DNA of 16,819 nucleotides from a virus (Duplodnaviria; Heunggongvirae; Uroviricota; Caudoviricetes): IMG/VR virus record IMGVR_UViG_2690316062_000004; one strand, 5' to 3'. Shown piece by piece: positions 15,926 to 16,819 of this stretch (position 1 is its first letter; each line of letters starts with the position of its first letter). The notes under the pieces were generated by a model. It saw only the letters and a program-made list of their open reading frames with translations, ran no database searches and was not told where the DNA came from. The position numbers and the translations under genes were made by a program.

Positions 15926-16819
15926 TTAATATTCGACTTGCTGAGCCGGAACGGAGTTTAAAATCCAGCATTCTTGATGGACAAAATTTATATTCAGAGC
16001 AGATAAATATTGTTGCTCATATGCTCTGTATATTAATAGTTTTGTTTGATTCTGATCATCCAATTCATAATCCGTTTTTGCAGTGCTCCATTGGGAGTGA
16101 AGCATTACTGATTGAACAAAGGAGTTCATCTTTATACTCATGTTCATTACATTTGAAGATGTTCCGGCATATTTGTATGAGTCGATTACCGTGTTTTTTC
16201 CATCGCCATCAACATCGAAAGGATTGGATATCCACTTGAATGTATTTAACAAAAAAAGATTGGCGACCCAAGTGTAATCGTTGCCGTTTATATTTTCTGT
16301 GGTAGAAGAGCTAATGCTTTCATGGAGATTGGTTGCCCCCATGAAAATCGCCTCAGGATCTATCTTTCCGTCAGACCTTCGCTGCCTTCCGGCTGCTAAG
16401 TAATTGAAAATTCCAGCATAACACTGCCCCATATATACTATCGCTCTATCTAAATCTGGCGTTGTTTTTATACGATTAAGTAACCTATAGGGCGGTATTG
16501 GTGGGAGGGCGTCCAATCCATGCATACTTCCATGACCCGTTATAAATATAACTATATTATCATGGGTATTATCGTCGCAATCCGAAAAAAATTCGCTGCT
16601 TCTTTTTACATTATATTGATGGTTAGTGCCAACTGAGATTAATTTTTGTATATTTCCTCTGTTGTTTCCATCTATATAAATAAAAATATCAGCAGGATTA
16701 ATTCCACGATTTTCTAAGCAGTAAATCCCAAAGGCCAGATCAGAAACATGCCGATCTTCCGGCTCACTGCTGGAAGCCAAAAAAAGAACCCATTTTGTTT
16801 TGTCTGCTAATAGCCCCAT
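15926..16819 (-). CDS. Legumain-like cysteine protease (peptidase C13, clan CD), AT-rich cargo gene
   Basis: Three blocks align with remembered legumain signatures: KWVLFLASS...DRH...GI..ADIFIYID versus the legumain N-terminal block; IFITGHGSMHGL with the catalytic His-Gly; VYMGQCYAG with the catalytic Cys. No signal peptide is obvious. The start codon is at the window edge, so the true 5' end may lie outside. Confidence 0.7.
   Translation of the reverse strand: MGLLADKTKWVLFLASSSEPEDRHVSDLAFGIYCLENRGINPADIFIYIDGNNRGNIQKLISVGTNHQYNVKRSSEFFSDCDDNTHDNIVIFITGHGSMHGLDALPPIPPYRLLNRIKTTPDLDRAIVYMGQCYAGIFNYLAAGRQRRSDGKIDPEAIFMGATNLHESISSSTTENINGNDYTWVANLFLLNTFKWISNPFDVDGDGKNTVIDSYKYAGTSSNVMNMSIKMNSFVQSVMLHSQWSTAKTDYELDDQNQTKLLIYRAYEQQYLSALNINFVHQECWILNSVPAQQVEY

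Larger units (their letters stand above)
986..16819. mobile_element. Integrated phage satellite island, capsid-forming PICI-like; left junction and body (right end outside the window)
   Basis: int, alpA and a P4-type primase with iterons, plus a complete HK97-type head and cos-packaging set, but no tail, tape-measure or lysis genes. The left junction is marked by the fis remnant; cargo genes are AT-rich. Confidence 0.7.

Noticed and set aside
986-16819. Interpretation as a P4-type satellite or as a complete small prophage
   Set aside because: No sid, psu or delta-like capsid-size and antitermination genes are apparent, and the element has its own capsid, portal and terminases (unlike P4). 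No tail or lysis genes are present, so it is not a complete phage within the window.

Overview
This window is the left end and body of a roughly 16 kb phage-satellite island with a P4-like integration and replication module and an HK97-type head and packaging module, carrying three AT-rich cargo loci of unknown function. It sits next to a yhdJ-like DNA methyltransferase gene (1..885, minus) and appears to have inserted into the 3' end of fis: a short fis remnant (YGMN-stop codons, 971..985) lies just before a P4-type tyrosine integrase. The right end (attR) is not in the window. Gene order on the plus strand is: int; an int-coupled AT-rich orf (216 aa); 10-bp phased repeats; alpA; a 230-aa orf; a divergent switch region with a small minus-strand RHH-like gene and a perfect 14-bp inverted repeat; four small overlapping orfs leading into a P4-family primase/helicase; a dense TGTTCACC-type iteron cluster; an AT-rich two-gene cargo cassette (114 + 281 aa); then major capsid protein, prohead protease, portal, head-closure/adaptor, gp6-like connector, HNH endonuclease, small and large terminase. 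No tail, lysis or tape-measure genes are present, which matches the capsid-forming PICI (cf-PICI) class of satellites. After the large terminase comes a convergent AT-rich gene for a legumain-like (peptidase C13, clan CD) cysteine protease. The best candidates for an undescribed system are the two-gene cassette at 8083..9296, the C13 protease at 15926..16819 and the int-coupled orf at 2376..3026. All calls rest on reading the sequence and the ORF translations against remembered family signatures; no database search was run.
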